In this document: positions 53,822-63,173 of the stretch, piece by piece
Layout of the letters: each line of letters opens with the position of its first letter
How positions within the stretch are numbered: position 1 is the stretch's first letter
DNA from: Vampirovibrionales bacterium
GTDB taxonomy: Bacteria > Cyanobacteriota > Vampirovibrionia > Vampirovibrionales > JAJTHC01
DNA length: 64,000 nt
Direction of reading: 5' to 3'
Assembly: GCA_947458095.1 (NCBI GenBank)
Contig: CANGYO010000001.1
Location: 6,414 to 70,413 of the forward strand
Position numbers and translations under genes: made by a program
The notes under the pieces: generated by a model
What the model saw: only the letters and a program-made list of their open reading frames with translations
The model's database searches: none
Told to the model about the DNA's origin: nothing

Positions 53822-55493
53822 ACGGGATGCTTCTCAAGAGGCTCGTAATCGTGCCTGCCCCCATAGAAAGGATACAATCGCCTGCTTCTGCGGAAGCTTG
53901 CAGTTCACGTTTTAACGCCTCTACATCAGGAGCATAGGCAATCTGTTGTTGAGGGTATTTTGCTTTCAACGCCTCCACAAAATGTGGACTGTCGACGCCT
54001 GCAATCGGATCTTCAAAGGCGTGATAGGTGTCTATAATATAGACGACATCTGCCGATTGAAAGGCGTCGAGGAAGCCTTCCCACAAGGCTTGAAGGCGGG
54101 TGTATCGATGCGGTTGAAAACAGGCGATGAGCTTGCCGTTTAAGTTAAGTTCTTGCATACGTTGACGGCTGGCATCTAACGTGACACGGACTTCGGTGGG
54201 ATGATGGGCGTAATCGTCCACCCACAGGGCGTTTTTGTAGCATCCCAAGACTTCAAAACGGCGTCCCATGCCTGTAAAGGCTTGCAACCCTTGAGCGATG
54301 TCGTCAAAGGCAATCCCTAGTTGAGTCGCTACAATAGCCACCATAGAGGCATTCCAAGCATTGTGCCATCCCGGTATTTCTAGTTTAAGCATTCCAGTCG
54401 GCTCACTAACTGTGTCATTTTCAGTACTCAAATCCTCGTGTACGTTTATGTACACGTCGGATTCTCCGTGCTTCAATTCCTTGTTATTGAAGCCGTCTGA
54501 AACGCTTAAACTAGAAATACTATCGCTGTTTTCAAATCCAGCCGATTGACTCGCCTGATTGATATTTTGCCACGTTGAATCAGCATAGAGCCACAAGGAA
54601 AAGCCGTCACTTTCTTGCTGAATCAAGTAACGATCCCCTGCTTCTTCAAAGGATTCCGCACGAGTCTTGTCATCAAAAACCCATAAACGACAAACATTTT
54701 CAGGCAAGGCATGGATAGTTTTTAGCGTATTCTCACACTGTCCGTTTAAAACAACCGTCGGCGTTTGACTGGTATTAAAACTGGTGATCTGGCTAAAAAA
54801 GCGTTCAAAGGTAGTCAACAAATGCGTTAACCCGTCGGTGTAGTGATCCGCATGATCCAGCTCCAAGTTAGCGAGAATGGTGAAGGTCGGGGCATAGCGT
54901 AAAATCGTGCCGTCGCTTTCGTCCAATTCCGCCACGCAGGTCGTCGCCCCTTCTGCCAAGCGAATGTTCTGCCCCAATTGAGGCAACTTACCCCCAGCAA
55001 TGCTCATGGCTGGATAGTTCGCCTGATGCAAGACGCTGTCCATCAAGCCTGTTAGAGTCGTTTTGCCGTGCGTGCCTGTTAAGCCTATCGTGGTTTGGGT
55101 TCCCAAGCTTGGGCTGTGCATCAAGCCTTGCAAAACTTGCGATCGATGCCACAACGGCTGTTGCCGTGCGAGTGCCTGTTGAACTTCGGGATTCGCTTCG
55201 TCAATGGCGGTCGAAAGCACCACCACCGCCTGTTCTGGCACCTGTTCTGCTAAATGCCCTTGAAAGACCGTGATGCCTTTTTCTTGCAAGCGTTGCGTCG
55301 TGCTAGACACGTTCACATCACTGCCTGAAACGTCGAAACCCTTGGCTTGCATCGCCAAAGCCAAGGCACTCATGCCTGCACCACCAATGCCGACAAAGTG
55401 AAACGGTGGACGTGTTTTTAGCACACCGTCTAGTCGCAAGGCATCGAGGGGGTTAAGGCTTTTTTCAAGTGTTATGCTATCAACAAGGGTCAT
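53790..55493 (-). CDS. murC: UDP-N-acetylmuramate--L-alanine ligase, carrying an in-frame insertion of about 45-50 aa
   Basis: It has a Mur-ligase P-loop (GTHGKTTLTG) and the C-terminal ...LEIPGWHNAWNA...DDYAHHPTEV. At 567 aa it is about 70 aa longer than typical MurC, and the extra segment maps to the TIR-bearing element at 54373-54521. Confidence 0.85.
   Translation of the reverse strand: MTLVDSITLEKSLNPLDALRLDGVLKTRPPFHFVGIGGAGMSALALAMQAKGFDVSGSDVNVSSTTQRLQEKGITVFQGHLAEQVPEQAVVVLSTAIDEANPEVQQALARQQPLWHRSQVLQGLMHSPSLGTQTTIGLTGTHGKTTLTGLMDSVLHQANYPAMSIAGGKLPQLGQNIRLAEGATTCVAELDESDGTILRYAPTFTILANLELDHADHYTDGLTHLLTTFERFFSQITSFNTSQTPTVVLNGQCENTLKTIHALPENVCRLWVFDDKTRAESFEEAGDRYLIQQESDGFSLWLYADSTWQNINQASQSAGFENSDSISSLSVSDGFNNKELKHGESDVYINVHEDLSTENDTVSEPTGMLKLEIPGWHNAWNASMVAIVATQLGIAFDDIAQGLQAFTGMGRRFEVLGCYKNALWVDDYAHHPTEVRVTLDASRQRMQELNLNGKLIACFQPHRYTRLQALWEGFLDAFQSADVVYIIDTYHAFEDPIAGVDSPHFVEALKAKYPQQQIAYAPDVEALKRELQASAEAGDCILSMGAGTITSLLRSIPFESEEASAHA
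54373..54521. mobile_element. MITE-like element (~149 bp) with 17/18-bp terminal inverted repeats, inserted in-frame within murC
   Basis: The left end is ggtatttctagtttaagc and the right end is gcttaaactagaaatact. Internal hairpins are cgtgtac-gtttat-gtacacg and cttcaat-N8-attgaag. The gtacgtttatgtacac core resembles repeat family 3. Confidence 0.6.
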
Positions 55494-55628
55494 GGGTTGA
55501 AGATGTCCTTTTACGGTATAAACACTTCATATTGTAGCATAAAAAGCGATAGAAAGCTCTAGCCAAAAAGGTAAGCAGGCTCTATAATGGGAGTCATACC
55601 CTAATTTGATGATAAGGTCACTTCTGCC

Positions 55629-57797
55629 ATGCTAAAATCTCGTTTTTCTTCGCTTTCGTTGACGTTACTCGTTTTAACAAGCCTATTCCTAACGCAAATG
55701 GATGCCTTGGCGTTGTCTCCCACCGCCGTAGAATGGCATCAAAAGTCACGCAACGCCATTCGTGAAGAACGTTACACCGATGCAGAATCCGACATTCGCC
55801 AAGCCATTACCTTCGATTCTTACGATCCGCTTTTGTACATCACGCTCGGTGAAATCTACCAAAAGCAAGGCTTGGTGGATCAAGCCATTCAAGCGTACGA
55901 TCGTGCCGCCCAGCTCGATTCTAAGGATCCTGCGATTTACTTTAGCTTGGGAACCTTGTACGAGCAGAAGCAGGATTATCCTTCGGCTCAATACAACTAT
56001 GAAATCAGCCAGCAGAAGAATCCGTCTTATACCTATGTGGAATCTCGCTTGGCTCGCTTGCTGGGCTTTCAAAAAAAATACGATTTAGCCATCGACAAAT
56101 ATGAGAGCTATCTCAATCAAGCCCCCCGTGATTTTGAGGCTCATTCGCAGTTGGCTCGCTTTGCGGTAGCCACCACTCGCCCTGAAGATGCCCAAACCGC
56201 CATTCAACATTTGTTGTATGTGAAAAAAGAAGCCCCCGCTCTTTATAAGGATGAAGCCCTGCTGGCTAAAGCCTACCTGCGTTTAAACGATCCGAAAAGT
56301 GCGTTGGCGGAACTGGCATCCGCCAAAGAAAACGGTCGCTATAGTACGGAAGTGGCTAATTTACAGTCGGTCGCCAATGAAGCCTTGGGCAATATCGCGG
56401 TTGCCATCAAAGACTTGAAAATCGCGGCGGAAAGCAATCCTGAAGATGCCAATTTTCAGTATCGTCTGGCGTTTTTAAGTGCCAAACAAAACCAGTATAC
56501 GGATGCACTCAAGTATCTCACCAGCTATTTGCAGTTGAATCCCAGCGATGTCAACGCTCGGGTGACGCAAGTGGCGTGGCTGAACCGCCAAGGAAGCTAT
56601 GTCACCGCTAAAAACGTGGCACAACAGCTCTTGACTCAAGAAAAACTCAATGAAGACCAAGCCCTTGAATTGTGGACGCAACAGGCGTTTGCTGCTTTAA
56701 AAACCAACGACTATAAAACATCTGCCGATTTGTATGAAAAAGTCTTTGCAGCAACCGCTCCCGCTGAAGAAAATTACCGTACGATTCAACAAAACTTGGG
56801 TGTTGCCTTTTATCAATCAGGGCAACTACAAAAAGCCTTAGGCGTATATCAAGATCTTTTAGCCAGTAAAGCCCTAGACACCGATGAAACCGCCCTTGTC
56901 AAAAAAGATGTCTACCATATTTACCTGAAAAAAGGGCAATTGGCGAGTGAAAGTAAGGACTTTGAAACGGCAAAAAACTTCTTAATTGACGCTAAGCCCT
57001 ATGCTCAATCCACCGAAGATTTGCAGGATTTACGCCTTGAACTTGGTGCCTTGTACTTGGAAAATCAGTATGCCGCCGAAGCGGTGGCGTTGTATGAAGA
57101 AGCCTTGGTGCAAGATCCCAACAACGTCGAAGCAGGTTTGAACTTGGCTAGCGTGTGGCGAGAGTCCGCCCCTGCCAAAGTCTTGCCTTTGCTAGAGACT
57201 ATCTTAAAACAAGCGAATCTGCCTGAATCCGCTAAGTGGGACGCCACCTATTACAAAGCCAGTGCGTTGATTGAGCTAAGCCGAAAAGCGGAAGCCTTGC
57301 CTTTGCTGGAATCATTAAAAGCATCCGCTTTAAGTGCTAAGCCGAAGGCGTTGAATGCCGAAGGCTGGTTGGCACTGGGTACCTTGTATCATGAAAAAAA
57401 GTTGTATCTCCAAGCAGAACAGGCTTATCAAGAAGCCGTTAAGCTTGATGCCGACAATGCCTTAGCGTCTTATAATTTGGGGTCCGTGTACTTGGCACAA
57501 AAAGAATACGGCAAAGCACGAGTCGCTTTACTGCAAGCCATTCAAGGGGAAAAGCCGATTACCCAAGCGTTTTATGCCTTAGGCTTGGTGGAAGAAAATA
57601 GTCAAAACAAGCCCAAGGCGATTGAATACTTGCAGGAATACTTGAATCGAGCAGGGGAGCTTTCTGCTCAAACCAAGGAAAAGGTCGAAGCCAAGCTGAA
57701 ACTTTTAAGTGGCACACCTTCTGCAGTAACACCTTTAAAGCCTGTCGCATCAACTGTTAGTCCGCCTGCGCCTAAGACAGATCGCTTGCCTTTATAG
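55629..57797 (+). CDS. TPR-repeat protein with an N-terminal signal peptide
   Basis: The 722 aa ORF has tandem TPR-like 34-aa units (AIQAYDRAAQLDSKDPAIYFSLGTLYEQKQDY...) and a hydrophobic signal sequence. Confidence 0.75.
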   Translation: MLKSRFSSLSLTLLVLTSLFLTQMDALALSPTAVEWHQKSRNAIREERYTDAESDIRQAITFDSYDPLLYITLGEIYQKQGLVDQAIQAYDRAAQLDSKDPAIYFSLGTLYEQKQDYPSAQYNYEISQQKNPSYTYVESRLARLLGFQKKYDLAIDKYESYLNQAPRDFEAHSQLARFAVATTRPEDAQTAIQHLLYVKKEAPALYKDEALLAKAYLRLNDPKSALAELASAKENGRYSTEVANLQSVANEALGNIAVAIKDLKIAAESNPEDANFQYRLAFLSAKQNQYTDALKYLTSYLQLNPSDVNARVTQVAWLNRQGSYVTAKNVAQQLLTQEKLNEDQALELWTQQAFAALKTNDYKTSADLYEKVFAATAPAEENYRTIQQNLGVAFYQSGQLQKALGVYQDLLASKALDTDETALVKKDVYHIYLKKGQLASESKDFETAKNFLIDAKPYAQSTEDLQDLRLELGALYLENQYAAEAVALYEEALVQDPNNVEAGLNLASVWRESAPAKVLPLLETILKQANLPESAKWDATYYKASALIELSRKAEALPLLESLKASALSAKPKALNAEGWLALGTLYHEKKLYLQAEQAYQEAVKLDADNALASYNLGSVYLAQKEYGKARVALLQAIQGEKPITQAFYALGLVEENSQNKPKAIEYLQEYLNRAGELSAQTKEKVEAKLKLLSGTPSAVTPLKPVASTVSPPAPKTDRLPL

Positions 57798-57840
57798 TAT
57801 TTTTTATACAAAATGTTCTATAGTGTTTTAAATAATTTCC

Positions 57841-57955
57841 CCTACAGTGTCTATACTTTGTCGCTACGATTCTCGATGTGCTTATGGTCGTCTCTGTAAA
57901 CTTCACACATCTGCGAGTCTAGGCTCCTAGAATCCGCTTATGCGCTATTCAAACT
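57841..57955. repeat. Gene-3'-end repeat family 3, copy 2
   Basis: cctacagtgtctatactttgtcgctacgattctcgatgtgcttatg...cacacatctgcgagtctaggctcctagaatccgc is near-identical to the 18841 copy over its conserved blocks. Confidence 0.7.
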
Positions 57956-57966
57956 GTGAACAGGTA

Positions 57967-59601
57967 TTAATGACCCATCATGGCTAGCGGAGGCGCCTCA
58001 ATATCTAACGACTCTAACGCCACAGGATCCTTCATAATGCTGTTGTGCATGCCGTAAGTGAAGTAAATCGCCAAGCCAATCGCCAACGCCACAAGGGTAA
58101 GGAACCACGCCGAAGACGACAGGCTCATCATCAACCAAAGGCACCCTGCCACGCCCAAAAGGGGAATGGTGATGCCGAAGGGGACTCGGAAGGGACGTTT
58201 GGCTTCAGGCATGGTAAAACGTAAAATCACCACACCCACGCAGGCCATGAGGAACACAAACAACGTGCCTAAGCTTGCGATATGCGACACCAACGAAATC
58301 GGCAATAAGGCGGCTCCTAAAGCACCGATACCTGCCACAATCCACGTCGCAGCCAGCGGTACACCCATGTGGGGGTCCATTTTTTTCAAGAAAGCAGGTA
58401 AAAGACGGTCTCGGGCAATGGAATAGACGACTCGCACAGTCGCCATTTGCATGATGAGCATGACTGAGCTAATGCCGATGACTTCGCCAATCACCACGAG
58501 CAGGTCGGCACCTGGCACTTTCATGGCGGTCATGGTTTGAGCCACCGCTGCGGTGCGGTGAATGGATTCAATCGGATTCACTGCTGTGACCACAACCGTC
58601 ACCAAAATATACAAAACGGTACAAATTAAGAGCGATCCCAAAATGCCAATGGGCATGTCTTTCTGCGGATCTTTCGCTTCTTCGGCGGAACAGGCGAGGG
58701 CGTCAAAGCCGACGTAGGCAAAGAACATCAACGCCGCCCCTTTAATGATGCCGTCATTGCCAAAGGGAGCAAACGTTTTCCAGCCTTCAGCGAACCAATG
58801 CTTGGGCAGTAAATCAGGGTTGCTAAACAAGAACCAGCCCCCGATCGCTAAGAAAAAGAGGATAATGCCGATTTTGGTATAGACCATCGCCGTGGCGAGC
58901 TTGGCGTTTTCTTCCACGCCTTTGGTCAACAACCACGCACAAAAAAGCAGTCCCACCAAAGGGAAAATGTCAAAACTATGGTTGATGACGAGCGTCAAAA
59001 TATCGGGGGAACCAGGTAGTGTGAAGGGTATCTTGCTTGTAGCGACCGACGCTTCATGGAGGGGGATCTTCTGCCCTTTTTCAAGCACGGTAAAGGTGGA
59101 TGTATTCAACCAAGTCGGCACACCGACGGCTAAAGCAGGGTTATGAAAAAGATTCGCCAAGGCTTCGCCAAAGATTTTGACGCCATATAAAATGGTTTTA
59201 CCCCAGCCTTGGGCAATACACATGTTGCCCGCCAAGTATTCCACCACGAGCAACCAGCCCACGATCCATGCCACGAACTCGCCTAGGGCGATGAACATGT
59301 AGGAGTAGGCGGATCCTGAAATGGGAATCAACGTCGAAAGTTCGCTGTAAGACAAGGCACAAAAGACGCAAATTAAGCCTGAAATCAAGAAGGAAATGAC
59401 CAAAGCAGGCCCTGCATTGTCGGCCGCCCCTTGCCCTGTAAGGACGAAAATCCCTGTGCCGATCATGGCGGAAACGCCGAAGACGATGAGATCTTTTGCG
59501 GTAAGGGTGCGTTTTAAGCCTGCGTCATCCGCTTGATGTTCAGGCAGGGGGCGGGATCGGGTGAGGCTGTCCAACAAGGAAGGAATAGAGGGCATCAACA
59601 C
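57967..59601 (-). CDS. APC-superfamily amino acid permease
   Basis: The 544 aa ORF has about 12-14 TM helices and APC-type N-terminal motifs (LKRTLTAKDLIVFGVSAMIGTGIFVLTG). Confidence 0.8.
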   Translation of the reverse strand: MLMPSIPSLLDSLTRSRPLPEHQADDAGLKRTLTAKDLIVFGVSAMIGTGIFVLTGQGAADNAGPALVISFLISGLICVFCALSYSELSTLIPISGSAYSYMFIALGEFVAWIVGWLLVVEYLAGNMCIAQGWGKTILYGVKIFGEALANLFHNPALAVGVPTWLNTSTFTVLEKGQKIPLHEASVATSKIPFTLPGSPDILTLVINHSFDIFPLVGLLFCAWLLTKGVEENAKLATAMVYTKIGIILFFLAIGGWFLFSNPDLLPKHWFAEGWKTFAPFGNDGIIKGAALMFFAYVGFDALACSAEEAKDPQKDMPIGILGSLLICTVLYILVTVVVTAVNPIESIHRTAAVAQTMTAMKVPGADLLVVIGEVIGISSVMLIMQMATVRVVYSIARDRLLPAFLKKMDPHMGVPLAATWIVAGIGALGAALLPISLVSHIASLGTLFVFLMACVGVVILRFTMPEAKRPFRVPFGITIPLLGVAGCLWLMMSLSSSAWFLTLVALAIGLAIYFTYGMHNSIMKDPVALESLDIEAPPLAMMGH

Positions 59602-59987
59602 ATTTCCTTTAAATCTTTAAATACAAAACAGGGATTGAAGGCACAGAGAAAGTTCAAGTCGGATGAAGATTCAAGGAAAAACAAACGGCTTTTGAGGCGT
59701 GTAGACATACTACATAACGAAAAAACGGCTTGTTTTGTTGATTGCTTGCAATCACTCACGCTTCGTGCACATGAAGATTCGCCGAATGGGACTTTCTCTG
59801 TACCTTCGATTATAAACCAAACGATGGATGAAATCCATAGGACCTATTGTCATCATTAAAGGTGAAGGACAAATACGTCGAAAGAAGCGTAAGATTTATT
59901 TGTTTAAGAATGCATAAATCTTAACAAAAACACAAGCTTTTTGAAAGCTTTTGCTTAAAAATTGTTACCTTATAAGGACAAAATACG

Positions 59988-61730
59988 ATGGGTATTACAT
60001 TCGGCGGCATCAGTTCAGGCTTGCCTGTCAACCAAATTATTGATGCGACCATCGCATCTGAACGTAAACCCTTAGATGTCATTCAGACTCGCATCGATAA
60101 AACCAATACTCAAAAAAGTACGTTAGCCACCATTACCTCTCGTGCGAAAACCTTTCAAACCGCCTTAAAAGTCTTTACGTCGACCTCTATTTTGGATGCG
60201 AACATCTTCCAAGCCCGCAAAGCTACATCCACCAACACCGACGCCTTGGATGTCACGACATCCGCAGGAGCCAATCTTGCAAACTTAGCCGTAAAAGTCA
60301 ATACCCTTGCCACAACGACAACGGCTCGTTCGACGGCAAAACCCGGAGCGTCTGCGACGTCAGGGACGCTCTTAAGTTCGATTAAAAATATGTCGCTGAC
60401 CTCAGGCACCTTTAACGTCTACGTAAACGGCGTGGCTTCAAGCGTAAGCGTGGATGCAACCACCGACACCTTTGGCGATGTACTCGGACGCATCGGGGCG
60501 ATTGCAGGCGTGACTAGTGCCACCATCAATGCGGATGGGCAATTGGTCGTGAATGCCACCACAGGCGGAACCGTCCGATTCGGATCAACAGGCGATACGT
60601 CAAACTTTTTGAAGTTGTCTAAATTAGACACGGCGTTGGAAGCAGGATCCACCTTTACAGGCACTCAATTCTTTTCAACGGTGGACACGAGCCAAGATGT
60701 TTCCACAGGTGCGGCGGGCTTGAATACGCCTGTTACGGCAGGATCCACCTTCAAAATTGGCAAAGCCACCTTTGACACCACAGGAAAAAGCATCGCTCAA
60801 ATTATGAATGCCATTAACAATTCGGCGGATGCTGGCGTTAGTGCCGTTTTCAACAGCTTGAGCAACCGCATGGAATTAACGTCCAAATCCACAGGCCAAG
60901 TCGGGATTCAAATGGAAGATGTCACAGGTAACTTCCTTACCGCCATGAATATGGTGAGTGGCGGTAATAGCTTGGCGTCTCAAACCTTGGGAACGAACGC
61001 TAAAGTCACCGTAAACGGTACGCAATACCTTTCCACCAGTAACGAAGTGGGTGAAGCTCAAACAGGGCTAAAAGGCATTACCTTAAAGCTTAAGCAAGTC
61101 AAAACCGATGCGGACATCAACGTGCTGGTGGATCAAGACACGGACAAACTCACCAAAGCCATTGACAGCGTGGTGACGGCTTTTAACACGATGATTGGTA
61201 CCATTGACACGGAAACCAAGGCGGACACAGGTAAATTGGGGGTTCAAAATAGTGTGCGTGCTTTCAGAACTCAGATTCGTCAAACCATGACTTCCAGCAC
61301 CACAGGGCAAGTGACTTATAATAGTTTGGGGCAAATTGGTATTGCCACGGCGAGTAGCAACGGTCAGTCGGCTAATTCAACGCTAACGTTTGATTCGGCG
61401 AAGTTAATCACCGCATTAAAGACCAGTCCCGATGAAGTGGAAAGCTTGATTAAGGGAACGACAGGGGTATTTACGCAATTACAAACCCTTGTAGAAAATG
61501 CCGTAAAAACAGGCAGTGCGACTGCGGATAAAGGCCTATTTCAGTCGGTTTCAGATAGTTATGACAGCTTTATTACCCGTTCTAAAAAAAGTATTACAGA
61601 TGGGGAAGCTCGACTAGAAAAGCGACGTGTTCAGCTTCAACGGCAATATGCGGCGTCTGATTCGTTGATTTCGCAATATAAGAGTCAAGGCAATGCGTTG
61701 AGTAGTATTGGTTCGCAAACGACTAAATAG
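59988..61730 (+). CDS. fliD: Flagellar filament cap protein FliD (hook-associated protein 2)
   Basis: The N-terminus GITFGGISSGLPVNQIIDATIASERKPLD is FliD-typical. The C-terminus is helical and the central region is Thr/Ser-rich. Confidence 0.8.
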   Translation: MGITFGGISSGLPVNQIIDATIASERKPLDVIQTRIDKTNTQKSTLATITSRAKTFQTALKVFTSTSILDANIFQARKATSTNTDALDVTTSAGANLANLAVKVNTLATTTTARSTAKPGASATSGTLLSSIKNMSLTSGTFNVYVNGVASSVSVDATTDTFGDVLGRIGAIAGVTSATINADGQLVVNATTGGTVRFGSTGDTSNFLKLSKLDTALEAGSTFTGTQFFSTVDTSQDVSTGAAGLNTPVTAGSTFKIGKATFDTTGKSIAQIMNAINNSADAGVSAVFNSLSNRMELTSKSTGQVGIQMEDVTGNFLTAMNMVSGGNSLASQTLGTNAKVTVNGTQYLSTSNEVGEAQTGLKGITLKLKQVKTDADINVLVDQDTDKLTKAIDSVVTAFNTMIGTIDTETKADTGKLGVQNSVRAFRTQIRQTMTSSTTGQVTYNSLGQIGIATASSNGQSANSTLTFDSAKLITALKTSPDEVESLIKGTTGVFTQLQTLVENAVKTGSATADKGLFQSVSDSYDSFITRSKKSITDGEARLEKRRVQLQRQYAASDSLISQYKSQGNALSSIGSQTTK

Positions 61731-61746
61731 AGGCTTCTATCAAAGG

Positions 61747-62955
61747 CTACATCGTGCTTTTGTGATACGCCTTCTTCAAGACTTGAGCAGGCACTAAATC
61801 CTGCATGGCGACTTCATCCCACACTTTCACGATGTTGTAAAAGGCATCACGCTCCACAGGCAAACGACCTGACTGGCGAATGAGATGCGTCAGTTGACGC
61901 ATCGTAAGCCCTTGCGAGCTTTGTGTGCCAGCGGCATGGGCAATTTTTTCTTGAATCACCGTGCCATCAATATCATCCACCCCAAAGTTCAAGCCCACTT
62001 GCGAGATCTTTTCACCAATGTGAATCCAAAAGGCTTTGATATGGGGGAAATTGTCCAAAACCAAGCGAGACACGGCAAAGTTTTTGAGATTTTCAAAGCC
62101 TGTTAATGCATATTTCGGATCAATACGGTTGCCTTCATAATAGCAATTCAGCGGAATAAAGCTCAAAAAGCCCCCCGATTTGTCTTGCTGTTCACGAAGA
62201 GACATCATGTGAGCCACTCGCTCTTCAGGGGTTTCGCCTAAGCCAGCGAGCATCGTGGCGTTGGATTTTAAGCCCATAGAATGGGCTAAGCCGTGAATAT
62301 CGAGCCATTCTTCACCCGTGATTTTACCTGGGCAAACTTCCTTACGGATGCGTTCGGCGAAGACTTCGGCTCCTCCTCCAGGTAAGGCTTGCAAGCCAGC
62401 ATCGATGAGGGTTTGAATCACTTGCTCAATCGGTAGGGCTTCTAGTTTAGCGATGTAATCGAGTTCCGCAGCGGTGAGTCCCTTAACATTGACGTGAGGA
62501 AACTCCTTTCGCAAGGCTTTGAAGAGATCCGCATAATAGGCGAGATCCGCCCCTTTGTAATGCCCTGCCACAATGTGGAACTCTCGTAGGGTGTCTTTTT
62601 CAGGGTAGGCGTGAATATCCGCAATCACTTTGTCGATCGCCCAAAAGTACGCATGAGGCGACGCTGGGCCTTTTTTGAAGGAGCAGAAATGGCAGGTGTC
62701 TTCGCAAATGTTCGTGGGGTTAATGTGGTAATTATGCACCCACCACACATAGGCTTGTTCGGCTTCGGGGGTGCGAATTTTACGAGCCAAATCGGCGAGC
62801 ATACCAACCCCTAGAAGGTCGGGGCTGTTATATAGGTGGACGGCATCGTCATAGCTAAAGCGTTCACCAGCGAGGACTTTGTCTAAATACGGTTTAAGGG
62901 AATCGTGTTGATGAGTGAAGTAAGCATCGATGTAATCAGGCACGTCGTAAGGCAT
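61747..62955 (-). CDS. mqnE: Radical-SAM menaquinone (futalosine pathway) enzyme, MqnE/MqnC family
   Basis: It has a radical-SAM CX3CX2C motif (CEDTCHFCSF), a C-terminal ...GVDDIDGTV... block and a TIM-barrel size typical of aminofutalosine synthase or cyclic dehypoxanthine futalosine synthase. CofH/CofG cannot be excluded. Confidence 0.6.
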   Translation of the reverse strand: MPYDVPDYIDAYFTHQHDSLKPYLDKVLAGERFSYDDAVHLYNSPDLLGVGMLADLARKIRTPEAEQAYVWWVHNYHINPTNICEDTCHFCSFKKGPASPHAYFWAIDKVIADIHAYPEKDTLREFHIVAGHYKGADLAYYADLFKALRKEFPHVNVKGLTAAELDYIAKLEALPIEQVIQTLIDAGLQALPGGGAEVFAERIRKEVCPGKITGEEWLDIHGLAHSMGLKSNATMLAGLGETPEERVAHMMSLREQQDKSGGFLSFIPLNCYYEGNRIDPKYALTGFENLKNFAVSRLVLDNFPHIKAFWIHIGEKISQVGLNFGVDDIDGTVIQEKIAHAAGTQSSQGLTMRQLTHLIRQSGRLPVERDAFYNIVKVWDEVAMQDLVPAQVLKKAYHKSTM

Positions 62956-63039
62956 GGGGTTTTCCTGTTTCTAAGTTTAGATTATAGTGATTATACCCCA
63001 TTCTAACATGGATAAGCGTGGGGATTCTATAAAAATCTA

Positions 63040-63078
63040 AAAAGAACCCCCCCCTCTCTTCGTGAGAGGGGGGCTTTT
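63040..63078. terminator. Bidirectional Rho-independent terminator downstream of flagellin
   Basis: cccccctctc-ttcg-tgagagggggg is flanked by T-runs on both strands. Confidence 0.65.
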
Positions 63079-63173
63079 ATTTGAGAGAGAGAGATGGAAA
63101 TTAGAGAAAGAGAACAAATACCTTAGAAAGAAAAGCCAGAACTACAATAAACAGAGAGAGAGAGATGAAAAAA

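Noticed and set aside
59533-59859. 108-aa plus-strand ORF upstream of fliD
   Set aside because: It overlaps the start of the permease gene on the opposite strand and the AT-rich fliD upstream region. It shows no domain signal and is likely non-coding promoter sequence.
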